DNA of 60,394 bases from a virus. Its lineage: Duplodnaviria; Caudoviricetes. Location: the IMG/VR virus record IMGVR_UViG_3300037478_000635, positions 1 to 60,394 of that record. One strand, written 5' to 3'. The translations under genes and the position numbers were made by a program. Below the pieces are notes generated by a model. The model searched no databases and was not told the origin of the DNA. It saw only the letters and a program-made list of their open reading frames with translations. Shown here piece by piece: positions 35,320-44,752 of the stretch. Positions within the stretch are counted from its first letter, which is position 1. The number at the start of each line of letters is the position of its first letter.

Positions 35320-35611
35320 TTACGCCGCCCCCGGGCTCCCGCCGCTCGGCCGCCTCAATCCGCCGCTCCCACGGCGTGCACCGCCCCTGATCGTGACAGG
35401 CGAGACAGACCGGCCGCATGCACACACGGCAGAAGGCGCCGGCTTCCTCGCGCCACCGCCAGCTCGCCCGGTCGAAGATCAGGTAGACGGTCGCGGCGCT
35501 ACCTGGCTTGGTGAAGATCACCTGCTGGCAGTGGCCGCAGGACGCGGTGTCACGCTCAACGGTCGGGCGGTCGGGATCGACGATGGTCGCGTAGCCGGAC
35601 GGGTTACGCAC
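35312..35611 (-). CDS. Cys-rich Zn-finger protein
   Basis: CGHC...CRVC...CLAC...C. Confidence 0.65.
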   Translation of the reverse strand: MRNPSGYATIVDPDRPTVERDTASCGHCQQVIFTKPGSAATVYLIFDRASWRWREEAGAFCRVCMRPVCLACHDQGRCTPWERRIEAAERREPGGGVNG

Positions 35612-35810
35612 CGGCGGTCTCCGCGCCGCCGAGGGGCAGCAGGAGCGCGGTCGCCGCCCCGCCGTCGCCGCGCGTCACACGAATCGCGTGGACGATGGCG
35701 GCCTGGCCGTCGGGCGCGTGGACCTCCAGCATGGCGGTCTCGCGGCGGGACAGCGGCGAGTCGTACTGATAGACGACCGGCCGCTCGAAGCTGACCCGGT
35801 AGCGCGGCAT
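35604..35810 (-). CDS. small hypothetical protein
   Basis: GAGG RBS; overlaps the next gene. Confidence 0.55.
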   Translation of the reverse strand: MPRYRVSFERPVVYQYDSPLSRRETAMLEVHAPDGQAAIVHAIRVTRGDGGAATALLLPLGGAETAGA

Positions 35811-35816
35811 CGCGCC

Positions 35817-36266
35817 TCACCGCTCGGTGATGTGAACCTGCGAGGTGACGACCACCGCCGAGCTCGTCAGGGTCTGGATGCCGAGCCCGTTCGACGCGGT
35901 CGCCGGCGAGACGAGCCGCCCGCCTTCGGTCGCGATCCAGCGGAAGGTCGCGCGCTGGTTGAGCGGGATCTGGAGCAGGATCGCCGCCGCCGTGTAGGTC
36001 GGCTCGACGGTGTGATTCTCGCCCGCGTCGGCCTCGGTCGCCGCGTCGGCCGGATCGAGCGGCTGCGGGACGACGGCGGTCGAGGTGCCGGCGGCCGTGC
36101 AGCGCTGGATCGTGTAGAGGAACGGGTTGTCGGCCGCCGCCGCCTCGGAGCCGAGGATCAGATCGTACCACTCGATGCGGCGCGGGCGCGTGGCGTCGGC
36201 GGTGATCGAGCCGACCGACAGGGTGGCCGAGGCGGTGCGTCGCAGGTCAACGGCGAAATTTGCCAC
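35817..36266 (-). CDS. all-beta virion protein (putative)
   Basis: GAGGAG RBS, GTG start; Ala/Thr-rich beta pattern. Confidence 0.65.
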   Translation of the reverse strand: MANFAVDLRRTASATLSVGSITADATRPRRIEWYDLILGSEAAAADNPFLYTIQRCTAAGTSTAVVPQPLDPADAATEADAGENHTVEPTYTAAAILLQIPLNQRATFRWIATEGGRLVSPATASNGLGIQTLTSSAVVVTSQVHITER

Positions 36267-36277
36267 AGGAGGTCTCC

Positions 36278-36592
36278 TCAGTAAGGAATCGCGAGCACAT
36301 GCAGGGTCGCCCCGGCGCCCGCGACGTAGAGATCCGACAGCTTGAGCGGCCCGGTCTCGAACGGCCCGAGGACGACCGGCGTGAGCGCGGTCGAGTCGAC
36401 CAGCGCCCCGTAGTCGGTGCTGTCCACCTCCGCGTCGTCGCCCACGAAGGCGTCCGCGCCGGTGGCCGAGAGCAGAAGCTGGCGGTACGGGAGATCGTTG
36501 GCGGCGTTGACGACGCCCACGCCGTCGCCGTAGACGTCGGAGAGCCGCTGGGCGGCGGCCGCGAGCGTGAGCTGGAAGTGTCTGGCCGCCAT
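36278..36592 (-). CDS. small all-beta virion protein (putative)
   Basis: In-operon ORF with beta-sandwich pattern. Confidence 0.6.
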   Translation of the reverse strand: MAARHFQLTLAAAAQRLSDVYGDGVGVVNAANDLPYRQLLLSATGADAFVGDDAEVDSTDYGALVDSTALTPVVLGPFETGPLKLSDLYVAGAGATLHVLAIPY

Positions 36593-36595
36593 GCC

Positions 36596-36880
36596 CTACC
36601 GCTTGTCGATCGTCCCAGGGTTGCGATCCTCGAGCGACGGCGGATCCGGCGGCGTCTCGCTCGGCTGGAACCGGTTGGGCTGCGCCGGCAGGCCCGAGAC
36701 CGAGTTGGGCGTCTCCTGGCCGTCGAGCGACGGATCGATCGGCTTGTCGAACGGCGTCTGCAGCGCCGAGGATCCGCTCGTGTCGGTGAGCGGATCGGTG
36801 CCGCGGCTGGTCGCGAGATCGCCCCCGAGATCGGTCGTGTTCGGGTAGACGGGCTGGGTGAACGGCGTCTTCAAGGACAT
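36596..36880 (-). CDS. Pro/Ser/Thr/Asp-rich disordered protein
   Basis: AAGGAGG RBS before ATG 36880 (MSLKTPFTQPVYP...); start revised. Confidence 0.65.
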   Translation of the reverse strand: MSLKTPFTQPVYPNTTDLGGDLATSRGTDPLTDTSGSSALQTPFDKPIDPSLDGQETPNSVSGLPAQPNRFQPSETPPDPPSLEDRNPGTIDKR

Positions 36881-36890
36881 GCGGCCTCCT

Positions 36891-37835
36891 TCAATAGAGA
36901 TCGGCGACGGACGCATCCGACGCCCGGAGTGACTGATCGTTGTAGGCGAGATCGGCCAGCGGCCACCGCTCCCAGTGGACCGTCGCCAGATCGTCGGGCG
37001 CCTGGTCGTCGTCGCGCAGCGCGAGGCGCTGGACCCCCTCGTAGAACTCGATCTTCTTCGCGCGGGCGAGCGCCAGGTCGAAGTACGGATTCTGCCGATC
37101 GCCGGTCCCCGGCCACTGGGCCGCCTGCCAGAGCGCGCCGGTGACCAGCACGTCGGCGGCCTCGCTGAGCACCCCGGTGAAGGTCGTCGTGTCGTCGAGC
37201 GAGCTCCCCAGCTTGTTGTAGTGCGCCGGGTAGCTGCGCGCTGCGGTCGGGCGCGGCCAGTACTCGTACTGCGGCCGACCGAGCGTCGACGTGGCGCGCG
37301 AGGGAAAGATCGCCGAGAGCAGGCGCGGGCCGCTATCGGACGCCTGGCGCGTCGGATCGAAGACGTTGAGCTGATCTTCGGTGATCCACCAGGCGAGCCG
37401 GCGCTGATTGTACGGGTCGGCGATGATCCGGAAGCTCTCGAAGTCGGCGGGCAGCACCGCGTAGCCGTCGAAGATGGTGGCGGCAGCCGTCGCGTCGTCC
37501 TCGCCGTATGCGCGATCGAGCACGATCGTGTTCGCATCGGTGAACGTCTGGATCGTGTAGACCGGGTAACTCGTCACCCGGAACTGCCGGCCCGCGTCGG
37601 CGGCGAGGAAGAGGCCGGCGGCGGTCACCGTCGCCGAGCCCTGCGTCACCGTCACCGCCGCGAGCGACCGAGCGGCGGCGATCGTCAGCCGCAGCTCGCC
37701 GCGCAGGAAGGCCCAGTGGCGCAACCGCGCGAGCGGCTTCCAGGCGGCGTTGACCCACTCGCGGACGAGGAAGGTCGGCGCGGCGGGCACATAGAGCCGC
37801 ACCGTCCTCCACACGTCGCCGTAGGTTTGCGCCAC
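36891..37835 (-). CDS. head-tail adaptor/ring protein with inserted beta domain
   Basis: EWVNAAW...WAFL, VTVTQGSATVT insert, LPADF, EYWPRP, helical C-terminus. Confidence 0.65.
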   Translation of the reverse strand: MAQTYGDVWRTVRLYVPAAPTFLVREWVNAAWKPLARLRHWAFLRGELRLTIAAARSLAAVTVTQGSATVTAAGLFLAADAGRQFRVTSYPVYTIQTFTDANTIVLDRAYGEDDATAAATIFDGYAVLPADFESFRIIADPYNQRRLAWWITEDQLNVFDPTRQASDSGPRLLSAIFPSRATSTLGRPQYEYWPRPTAARSYPAHYNKLGSSLDDTTTFTGVLSEAADVLVTGALWQAAQWPGTGDRQNPYFDLALARAKKIEFYEGVQRLALRDDDQAPDDLATVHWERWPLADLAYNDQSLRASDASVADLY

Positions 37836-37853
37836 CTGGTCACCACCCTGGAG

Positions 37854-38168
37854 CTAGTAGCCGATCGCCTCGAAGCGCGCGGCGAAGGCCGACAGGTCGG
37901 TCCCGTTGGCGACCTCCGCGCCGGTCGTCGGGTCGTAGACGCTGAGCGTCCCGGCCGCGACGTTGTAGACGGCCAGGTGGACGTTGGTGCCATCCGAGAG
38001 CGGCTCGAAGAGCACCACCTCCACCTTGCCGAGGCCGAGCTCGGGCGCGGCGAGCGGCTCGCCGCCCGCCGTGTAGGACGCCGGCCCGACCGCACGGCCG
38101 ATCTTCCGGATCCGCGCGTGCGAGCTGTCGTGGTAGTTGCCGATGGTGCGATCGACGGTGACGGCCAT
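37854..38168 (-). CDS. small virion (head-associated) protein
   Basis: GGAGG RBS; SYTAGGE...EVANGTDLS...FEAIG. Confidence 0.6.
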   Translation of the reverse strand: MAVTVDRTIGNYHDSSHARIRKIGRAVGPASYTAGGEPLAAPELGLGKVEVVLFEPLSDGTNVHLAVYNVAAGTLSVYDPTTGAEVANGTDLSAFAARFEAIGY

Positions 38169-38179
38169 CAGTCAGCCTC

Positions 38180-38749
38180 CTACGTGGTCTCGGGCACGTC
38201 GAGATCGACGAGTGCCGTCGCCGCCGGGGCGTCCGCCGTGAGCGGCGCCGCCACGCGACCCATCAGCGTGTAGGTCGGCGCGGTGCCGGCCGCCTCGCGC
38301 TGCACCTTGCCGTCGGTCGCCGAGGGGATGACGCCGTCGCCCGCCGCGAGCGCCCCCATCGACGCATCGACGAACTTGACGACCTTGGGCCCGCCGATCT
38401 GCACGCACATGTAGTCGCCTGCGGCGGTCCAGGCGCGGCAGAACACGCCGGCGACGTCGTTGCGCGAGCTGGCGTCGGCGTCGGTCGTCACCAGGTACTG
38501 GGCCCGGTCGGCCCACCAGGCGGTGGCCCCCCCGTAGGGCGCGACGGCCATGGTCGAGTCCGACTTGACGAGCTGGTACCGCTTCGACCGGCCCGCCGAC
38601 GCCGTCTCGACGCCGGGGGCCTGCCGCTGCGGGTTGAGGATCGTGAAGCGCGCGCCGAGCAGGCCCGGCGCGTGCAGGACGGGCGTGCTCTCGGTTTCCG
38701 GATCGCCGGACTGGAGATAGACCGGCGGCATTTCCCATCGTGATGGCAT
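38180..38749 (-). CDS. capsid decoration/cement protein (putative)
   Basis: Directly after the MCP; YQLVK, AGVF, GDYMCVQIGG beta-tulip-like pattern. Confidence 0.6.
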   Translation of the reverse strand: MPSRWEMPPVYLQSGDPETESTPVLHAPGLLGARFTILNPQRQAPGVETASAGRSKRYQLVKSDSTMAVAPYGGATAWWADRAQYLVTTDADASSRNDVAGVFCRAWTAAGDYMCVQIGGPKVVKFVDASMGALAAGDGVIPSATDGKVQREAAGTAPTYTLMGRVAAPLTADAPAATALVDLDVPETT

Positions 38750-38777
38750 GGACGTGTCCTCCTCGGTGTCGCTCGGC

Positions 38778-39824
38778 CTAGGCCGTGAAGCCGTGCAGGA
38801 TCCGCGACAGCCGGAGCGCCCGCAAGGTGAGGTTGCCCGCGAACAGGATCTGCCCGCTGACCTGGTTGTCTTCGCGCGCGCCCTTGAAGCCGGTGAAGCC
38901 GAAGGCGAACTTCGACGACTGGGCGATGTAGAGCCGGATGTAGGCGTCGTCGCCCTGCGGGCCGAAGTTGAGCCACGCGAAGGTTTCGCCGTCGGCGTGG
39001 TAGTTGCCGAGATCGGGATCGTTCACGCCGTCCTGGCCAGGCGCGTACTGCGACATGAGGATCGTCGCCTTGTCGAACTTCAGGCCCGGCCAGTTGATCT
39101 CCGGCTGGGTCGTATCGATGACCTGGTGCGGCAGGAAGTTCTCGGAGATGAAGCCCATCATCCGGTTGGTGGTGATCCCGACGGTTGGCGCCTCGTTGCC
39201 GATGATGCAGGAGAAGTAGCTGTGGCGCAGGACCCGGTACAGCACGTTCGTGTTGCTGGCGCTGATCAGGCCCGTCGGCGGGGTGAGCGCCGGCGCGACG
39301 TCGGCGCGCGTCTGGCCGCCGTAGGACGGGAAGACGTTGCCGGCCCAGCCGGCGTTGATCCCGTCGTTGAGACCCTCCTCGAGCCCGTTGATCTCGGCCG
39401 AGCGGTCATCACCCGGCAGCGCCTGCCCGTGATGGAAGGCGGCGATCTCGAGGATCGCCGACATGGTCAGGGCCGCCTGCTGCATGTCGGTGCGGATGAC
39501 GCTGAAGGCCGCGCGGGGCCCGGCCATTTCGACCTCGAGATCCTCGAGGAACTCGGTGACGTTGACCTGGTAGTAGCGCGGCGTGAAGAGCAGGCCCGTG
39601 CGGGTCTGCCGGCGGGTGACGTTGAACGCCGCGCCCTTCCTGTACGCGCCGCCCTGCATCGGCTTGTACATGAAGTTTTCCTGGATCTGCGGGCCGATCC
39701 ACTTCCGGGTGAACCGCGCCTTCGCCATCGCAATGACGGGGCCGGCCTTGAAGTAGCCGTCCACCACGCCGGGCATGATCTCCTTCGTCGTGGTGGTGTT
39801 GACATCGTCGAGTTGAATCGCCAT
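38778..39824 (-). CDS. major capsid protein
   Basis: 348 aa, strong RBS, highly biased codons, follows the scaffold; HK97-like layout (INGL, YGG..R, ITT, GQILFAGNL...SRILHG). Confidence 0.85.
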   Translation of the reverse strand: MAIQLDDVNTTTTKEIMPGVVDGYFKAGPVIAMAKARFTRKWIGPQIQENFMYKPMQGGAYRKGAAFNVTRRQTRTGLLFTPRYYQVNVTEFLEDLEVEMAGPRAAFSVIRTDMQQAALTMSAILEIAAFHHGQALPGDDRSAEINGLEEGLNDGINAGWAGNVFPSYGGQTRADVAPALTPPTGLISASNTNVLYRVLRHSYFSCIIGNEAPTVGITTNRMMGFISENFLPHQVIDTTQPEINWPGLKFDKATILMSQYAPGQDGVNDPDLGNYHADGETFAWLNFGPQGDDAYIRLYIAQSSKFAFGFTGFKGAREDNQVSGQILFAGNLTLRALRLSRILHGFTA

Positions 39825-39857
39825 CGCGTGCTCTCTCCTCTGCGGGCGGCCGAATAG

Positions 39858-40637
39858 CTAGCCCCGCTGCTGCTGCAGCCGCTCGTACTCGGCGACGGCC
39901 GAGTCGAGCGTATGCGCCGCGGGGCCATCCTTCGTCGCCAGCACATCGAGGACCGAGGGGGCCTCGTGGCGGAGCGGGAAGGGCTGCGTGCCCAGCTTCT
40001 TCCGCTCTTCCCCCAGGCGCTTCTCGACCTCGTCGTTGAATTTCTTTTCTTCGGCTTCGTTGAGCTTCTGCGCGACGCGCTCGCCGTACTTCTCGGTGTA
40101 GGCGTCCTGCAGGCTGAACACGCGCCCCGGCTGCCCGACGATCGGCTTGCCGAGCTTCGGGTGGCTGACGATCTCCACCGGATCGAGCGGCTCGCCGAAC
40201 ATGTGCTGATGCTTGGCCGTGATGCCGGCCAGCCACGCGCTGACGCGGACGAACTCCGGGCCCTGCTCGCTCAGCACGTCTTCGATGAGCTTGCGCGGAT
40301 CGGCGGGCGGCGGCGGATCCTTGGGCGGGACGTGTGGCGCGGTCTGCAGCCGATCGTATTCAGGCTTGATCGCCACGTAGTCCTCCAGGGCCGCCTTGTT
40401 CTCGTCGTACCACGTGTTCAGGTTGCCGAGCTTCTCGGTCAGCTCGGTTTCCTTCGTCTTGAGCTCGTTCATGGCCTTCGAGTAGTCCGGGCGGGCCAGC
40501 GCCCCGTCGCCGACGATGACGACGGCGTCTTTCGCCTCCGGCTTCTCGAACAGTTCCTTGGCCTGTGCCTGCAGCTCCGCCGGGAGCTTGCTGATCACGC
40601 CGGCGAGGAACGCTTGTCCTGACTCGAACGCACCCAT
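39858..40637 (-). CDS. scaffolding protein
   Basis: Charged coiled coil with DYSK motif, immediately upstream of the MCP; GGAGGAGG RBS. Confidence 0.75.
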   Translation of the reverse strand: MGAFESGQAFLAGVISKLPAELQAQAKELFEKPEAKDAVVIVGDGALARPDYSKAMNELKTKETELTEKLGNLNTWYDENKAALEDYVAIKPEYDRLQTAPHVPPKDPPPPADPRKLIEDVLSEQGPEFVRVSAWLAGITAKHQHMFGEPLDPVEIVSHPKLGKPIVGQPGRVFSLQDAYTEKYGERVAQKLNEAEEKKFNDEVEKRLGEERKKLGTQPFPLRHEAPSVLDVLATKDGPAAHTLDSAVAEYERLQQQRG

Positions 40638-40786
40638 GGAGTCCTCCTCCGAGGCCGGGCCGGCAGGCAGCGCCTCCTGCGTTGGCAGGGCGGGCGCGCC
40701 CGACGAGCCCTCTCGTCGATGGTTGGCGTCGTCGTCGTCGTCGTCGAAGGGAAGCGCGCGCGGCGCGCTCGCTGGCTAGACCGCGG

Positions 40787-41167
40787 CTAGACCGCGCCGG
40801 GCCCGGCGATGCCCCGGTCGATGCCGCCGCCTGGAAAGGCCGGGCCCGACGCGGTCGGACTCACCGGCCCGGCGCCCGCCGTCATGACGCCGGCGAGGTA
40901 CCGTTGCAGCAAGTCCTTGATGAGCGCGAGTTCGGCCCCTTTGTCCGGGGTCACCTGCGCGAAACTGTCGAGGGTCTGCCCGATGGTCTGCGCCGCCTGC
41001 ATCAGGCCGGTGAGGATCTCGGGCGGGAGCTGGTCGCTGGGGACCTGCGGCGGCCCCCCGGCCAGGCCCGTCATCGAGAAGGGGCCACCCGCCTCGCCCA
41101 TCGGCGTGGGGGAGGGCGGCGGCGCGTCGAGCGGCGAAGCGCCCACCGAGGCGGAGAGGGGCGGCAT
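40787..41167 (-). CDS. Pro/Gly-rich hypothetical protein
   Basis: In-operon ORF between portal and scaffold. Confidence 0.65.
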   Translation of the reverse strand: MPPLSASVGASPLDAPPPSPTPMGEAGGPFSMTGLAGGPPQVPSDQLPPEILTGLMQAAQTIGQTLDSFAQVTPDKGAELALIKDLLQRYLAGVMTAGAGPVSPTASGPAFPGGGIDRGIAGPGAV

Positions 41168-41170
41168 CGA

Positions 41171-41371
41171 TCAGCGCCCCTTACTCGGGGATCGCTGGCC
41201 GACCATCCCCTTGTCGCGCAGAAACTTGAAATTGCTGATCGCCTTGTCGATCCCCTTGCGGACGGGACTGGCCGTCTGCGCCTTGCGCGCGCGCGGCAGA
41301 TCGACATCCTTCCCGTAGTTCTTCGCCCGGGGCGGCTGACCGGCGAGGCGACGAAGGAAATTCCCTGGCAC
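41171..41371 (-). CDS. small basic protein
   Basis: Lys/Arg-rich 66 aa; TTGACA upstream. Confidence 0.5.
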   Translation of the reverse strand: MPGNFLRRLAGQPPRAKNYGKDVDLPRARKAQTASPVRKGIDKAISNFKFLRDKGMVGQRSPSKGR

Positions 41372-41381
41372 TGCGTAAGAG

Positions 41382-41408
41382 ATTCTGTGGTGCGCGGGAG
41401 ACTGTCAA
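41382..41408 (-). promoter_or_regulatory. possible sigma70-like promoter for head genes
   Basis: TTGACA (41408-41403) and CAGAAT (41387-41382); the 15-nt spacer is suboptimal. Confidence 0.3.
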
Positions 41409-41439
41409 GCCCCTGTACGGTCAGGAGGAGCCGCGGGCG

Positions 41440-43584
41440 CTACTTGTCTGACTCGGTGATCGTCGTCCGCCCGCCCGGCTCGTCGTTCTTCGTCTCCTGC
41501 CGCGGCGGCGCCTGTCCAGAGGCTTTGCGCCCCGCCGGGTTCTGCGTCTGGCCGATGCCGAGCATCGCCTGCGCCTGCAGTCGCTCGGTGACCGTGACCG
41601 GGACCCGCAGCTCGAGGACCTGCCCGCTGGCGAGGTCGAGGACGAAGGTGCGGCCGGTCGTCTCGTCGGTAAACGGCGGCGGCCCCATGCCGGTGAGCAG
41701 GCCCTGGGCCATGCCGGGCTGCGTGAGCTGGCCGAGCAGGCCCTGGAGCACCGTCGGCGGCGGCGGCTCGATCGGGGGGAGGGGGATGGCGGGTGGCGCC
41801 CCGACGTTGGGGGTCTCGAGCGTCTCGTGCAGCGACCAGAAGTCGTAGTAGCCCTGCCGGGCGAGCTGGACCCGCATCATCTTGCGCTCGGTCGCGTCGA
41901 TGGCCAGGACCGAGTTGGGCGCGACCACGAAGATGAACTGCTTGTGGAAGAACTGGGCGCGCTGATCCCGGGTGGTGTGGTCGGCGTCGAGCTCGGGCGT
42001 GTAGCCCTGGTCGCCGGGCCGGAGCGCGGGGACCATGTTGCCGGGATCGAAATCGAAGTCGTTGAGCAGGGCCCCGCCGCCCCCGAGCACCTGCACGCGC
42101 TTGGCGGTCGAGAGGAACTGGAAGTAGTTGACCTTGATCATCTCCGAGAGGTCGCGCAGGAAGGCTTCGACCTGCCGGGCTTCGGAGCGGATCTCGGGCG
42201 TGAGCGCCTCGTAGTACTTCTGAATCGTGTCGGCCGAGGGGAGCTGGCGCAGCTGCAGCAGGGCCGAGAGGTTCGCCGTGCCGGCCAGATCGGAGAACTT
42301 CTGCGTCAGCTTCTCCCAGAGATCCACCGCCATGCTGAGGACCTGCGGGCTGGGCCCGTCCTCCTTCTTCCACGGCTCGCCAAAACCGGGCATCGTCTTC
42401 ACCCGCTTGCCGGGCCGGCGCGGATCCATCAGCCGCATGGTCGCTTCCGAGACGGCGTTCCGGTTGTAGGTGATGTCGGGATCGACCCATTGCCGGATGC
42501 CGAGCCGCACGTCGTGCATGGTGTCGTTGAGCGCATCCTGGATCGGGAGGAGATCGTTGAAGAGGGGGATCCCGAGAAACTGCCAGGGGACCGACCAGAG
42601 GCGCAGCCGGGCGAAGGGAAACAGCCCGTGCCAGTAGGTGTTCGCGTTGTCGTAGAGGATCGCGTCGTCGGTGGCGACGATGAGCCGCCCCCGTGGATAG
42701 AGCGGTTGGCCCGGCTGAGCGACATACGCCCAGTTGGTCCCGGGCGTCCCCATCGGGATCGGCGACGTCGTCAGGTTGCGCGTGCGGTCGCGGAAGTACG
42801 CCCGGTAGAGGACGGCCATGCCGCGCTGTTGGCGGCGGGCGGCGGCGGCCGTGCCCGCGCTGATCTGATCGAGCGGATCGGCGGGCGAGATCAGGCGCGC
42901 CAGGCCGCTGCGGAACCGGCCCATGATCGTTCCGAGGGTCGAATCGGTGCTGCTCCTGATGAGGTACGCCCGGTCGCGGTACATGCCCCGCAAGACGTTG
43001 ACGGAGTGCTCCTCGCGGAAGCAGACCCCCTCCCACATCTGGGGCGAGCGGCCGTAGCTGGGGCGCAGCGGCAGGGTGTCGCGCGGGTCGCGGGCGCTGA
43101 GCTGGTGCGCGCCCCCGAGGGGCACGTGCGGATCCCAGTCGATGACGAGGTCGCCGGTGCCCCCCGCCAGCGCGTACTTCACACAGTCGCCCAGATCGAG
43201 GTCCATCATCGTCGTGACCCACTCGGCCAGGAGGTACTGGTTGAGCAGGTCGGCCTGGACGCGGAACTCGGGATTGGTGCGCCAGCCCACGACGGGCTTC
43301 AGATCGGTGATCGCGCTCACATGCGCCTGCATGGCCTTGCGCGTCTCGTTGATCGTGATCTGCGGGAGGTACTTCAGGCGGCGATGCTCGGGCGAGAGCT
43401 GCTCGCCGACGATGTACTGCTGGGCGCGGCCGATGTTCTCGTAGGACGGGTCGGATCGGTTGATGAGGTCGCCTTCCTGCGTCCACTCCTTCAGCCAGCC
43501 GAGGACCTTCGGATCGCCGCGCTGGAGCGAGTCGGCGGAGGTGGCGGGGAGGTCGAGGACGCCGCTGCCTGAGTACTCTGCCAC
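41440..43584 (-). CDS. portal protein (P22/podovirus-like)
   Basis: 715 aa after the terminase; INE, ALAGGTG, FPFARL, PWQFLGIPLFNDLLPIQDALN; Pro/Gln-rich tail; GTG start. Confidence 0.85.
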   Translation of the reverse strand: MAEYSGSGVLDLPATSADSLQRGDPKVLGWLKEWTQEGDLINRSDPSYENIGRAQQYIVGEQLSPEHRRLKYLPQITINETRKAMQAHVSAITDLKPVVGWRTNPEFRVQADLLNQYLLAEWVTTMMDLDLGDCVKYALAGGTGDLVIDWDPHVPLGGAHQLSARDPRDTLPLRPSYGRSPQMWEGVCFREEHSVNVLRGMYRDRAYLIRSSTDSTLGTIMGRFRSGLARLISPADPLDQISAGTAAAARRQQRGMAVLYRAYFRDRTRNLTTSPIPMGTPGTNWAYVAQPGQPLYPRGRLIVATDDAILYDNANTYWHGLFPFARLRLWSVPWQFLGIPLFNDLLPIQDALNDTMHDVRLGIRQWVDPDITYNRNAVSEATMRLMDPRRPGKRVKTMPGFGEPWKKEDGPSPQVLSMAVDLWEKLTQKFSDLAGTANLSALLQLRQLPSADTIQKYYEALTPEIRSEARQVEAFLRDLSEMIKVNYFQFLSTAKRVQVLGGGGALLNDFDFDPGNMVPALRPGDQGYTPELDADHTTRDQRAQFFHKQFIFVVAPNSVLAIDATERKMMRVQLARQGYYDFWSLHETLETPNVGAPPAIPLPPIEPPPPTVLQGLLGQLTQPGMAQGLLTGMGPPPFTDETTGRTFVLDLASGQVLELRVPVTVTERLQAQAMLGIGQTQNPAGRKASGQAPPRQETKNDEPGGRTTITESDK

Positions 43585-43588
43585 GGCC

Positions 43589-44086
43589 CTATTCCTTCCC
43601 ACTCATCGGCAAGGCCGAGGCATTCGCCTCGCTCACCCCTGGACCGAAGCCGGCCTCCGGCTCGGTTGCCGACCTGCGCAAGGTCGATCCGAAGCGCCGG
43701 GCGGCCGCCGGCGTCGGCGCTTCGCCGCCAGCGTGGTCCGGGTGCAGCGTGTGCTGGTCGCGATTGCTGGCGTCCTGTGCGTACCGGCGGAACACCATCG
43801 GCTGCCCCACGCCGTCGCGGTACATCTGCTCGCTCTCGCGCTCGACCCGGCGGAGCTTGCGAAGCGAGTCGATGTGGACCGGGCGGCCGCGGCCGTCGGT
43901 GGTGTCGAACGATCGAAACGCGGCGCCCTTCACGTCCCCGTAGTGCATACCCGGCGCCGCCGGGATCCAGGTCATCGGCCGGCCGCAGTGATCGGGCGCG
44001 CCGGCGGGGCCACCGAGGGCGACGGGGACGTAGACGTTGGGTACGACCGTCGAGCAGCGGGGGCAGTAGTAGTCGTGTAGCGGCAC
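43589..44086 (-). CDS. FmdB-like Zn-ribbon protein
   Basis: MPLHDYYCPRC...HCGRPM. Confidence 0.65.
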   Translation of the reverse strand: MPLHDYYCPRCSTVVPNVYVPVALGGPAGAPDHCGRPMTWIPAAPGMHYGDVKGAAFRSFDTTDGRGRPVHIDSLRKLRRVERESEQMYRDGVGQPMVFRRYAQDASNRDQHTLHPDHAGGEAPTPAAARRFGSTLRRSATEPEAGFGPGVSEANASALPMSGKE

Positions 44087-44290
44087 TTACGCCTCGTCCG
44101 CCTTCGTCTCCAGATCACGCCGTCGCCTGAGCTGATCCGCCCCCGGGCCGCGCTGATACACCCGGCCCTTGAAGGGGCCGCTCGCCACGCGGACGATCTC
44201 CGGCTCGACTTCCACCAGATGCTCGCGTGGCACGCCTGCGGCGAGCCCGGCGTCGAATGAGGGATACAAGTCGCCTGTCCGTGTGTCCAT
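44087..44290 (-). CDS. small hypothetical protein
   Basis: GGAG RBS; MDTRTGDLYPS. Confidence 0.55.
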   Translation of the reverse strand: MDTRTGDLYPSFDAGLAAGVPREHLVEVEPEIVRVASGPFKGRVYQRGPGADQLRRRRDLETKADEA

Positions 44291-44292
44291 GG

Positions 44293-44718
44293 TTAGCTCC
44301 GCCAGAACAGATCTTCGCGGATCCGGTCGATCACCGCCTGCAGCTCCTGCTGGACGGTGCGGCCGCGCTTGCTCGCCCGGTACTTGATCTCGTCGAGCTG
44401 CCCGGGGGTGAAGTCGATCGCGATGCCGCCGATCTCGATGTGCGCGAGCCGCTCGATCGCCCGCGCGAGATCCTCGGGGGTGCGGGTCGAGCCGACGCCG
44501 GTGGTCTGCTCGATCCGCGCGCAGACGGCGGCGGGCAGGGTGCGATCGCCGGGATCGACCGCCTCGTAGCGGGCCGCGAGCTCGGGAGGCCCGACCACCT
44601 CGAGGACGGACGATCCGCGCGTAATCAGCCACTCGCCAGCGCGTGCGGTCGCCTGACGGCCATCGGGCAGCTGCACGCGCTGATCGGCGCGGAGCTCGAC
44701 GGCGGTCAGCAGGGGCAT
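44293..44718 (-). CDS. hypothetical protein
   Basis: MPLLTAVELR...; C-terminal FTPGQLDEIKYRASKRGRTV may bind DNA. Confidence 0.6.
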   Translation of the reverse strand: MPLLTAVELRADQRVQLPDGRQATARAGEWLITRGSSVLEVVGPPELAARYEAVDPGDRTLPAAVCARIEQTTGVGSTRTPEDLARAIERLAHIEIGGIAIDFTPGQLDEIKYRASKRGRTVQQELQAVIDRIREDLFWRS

Positions 44719-44752
44719 GCGCGGGCGTACGGCGCGCCGGACGAGCCCCGCG

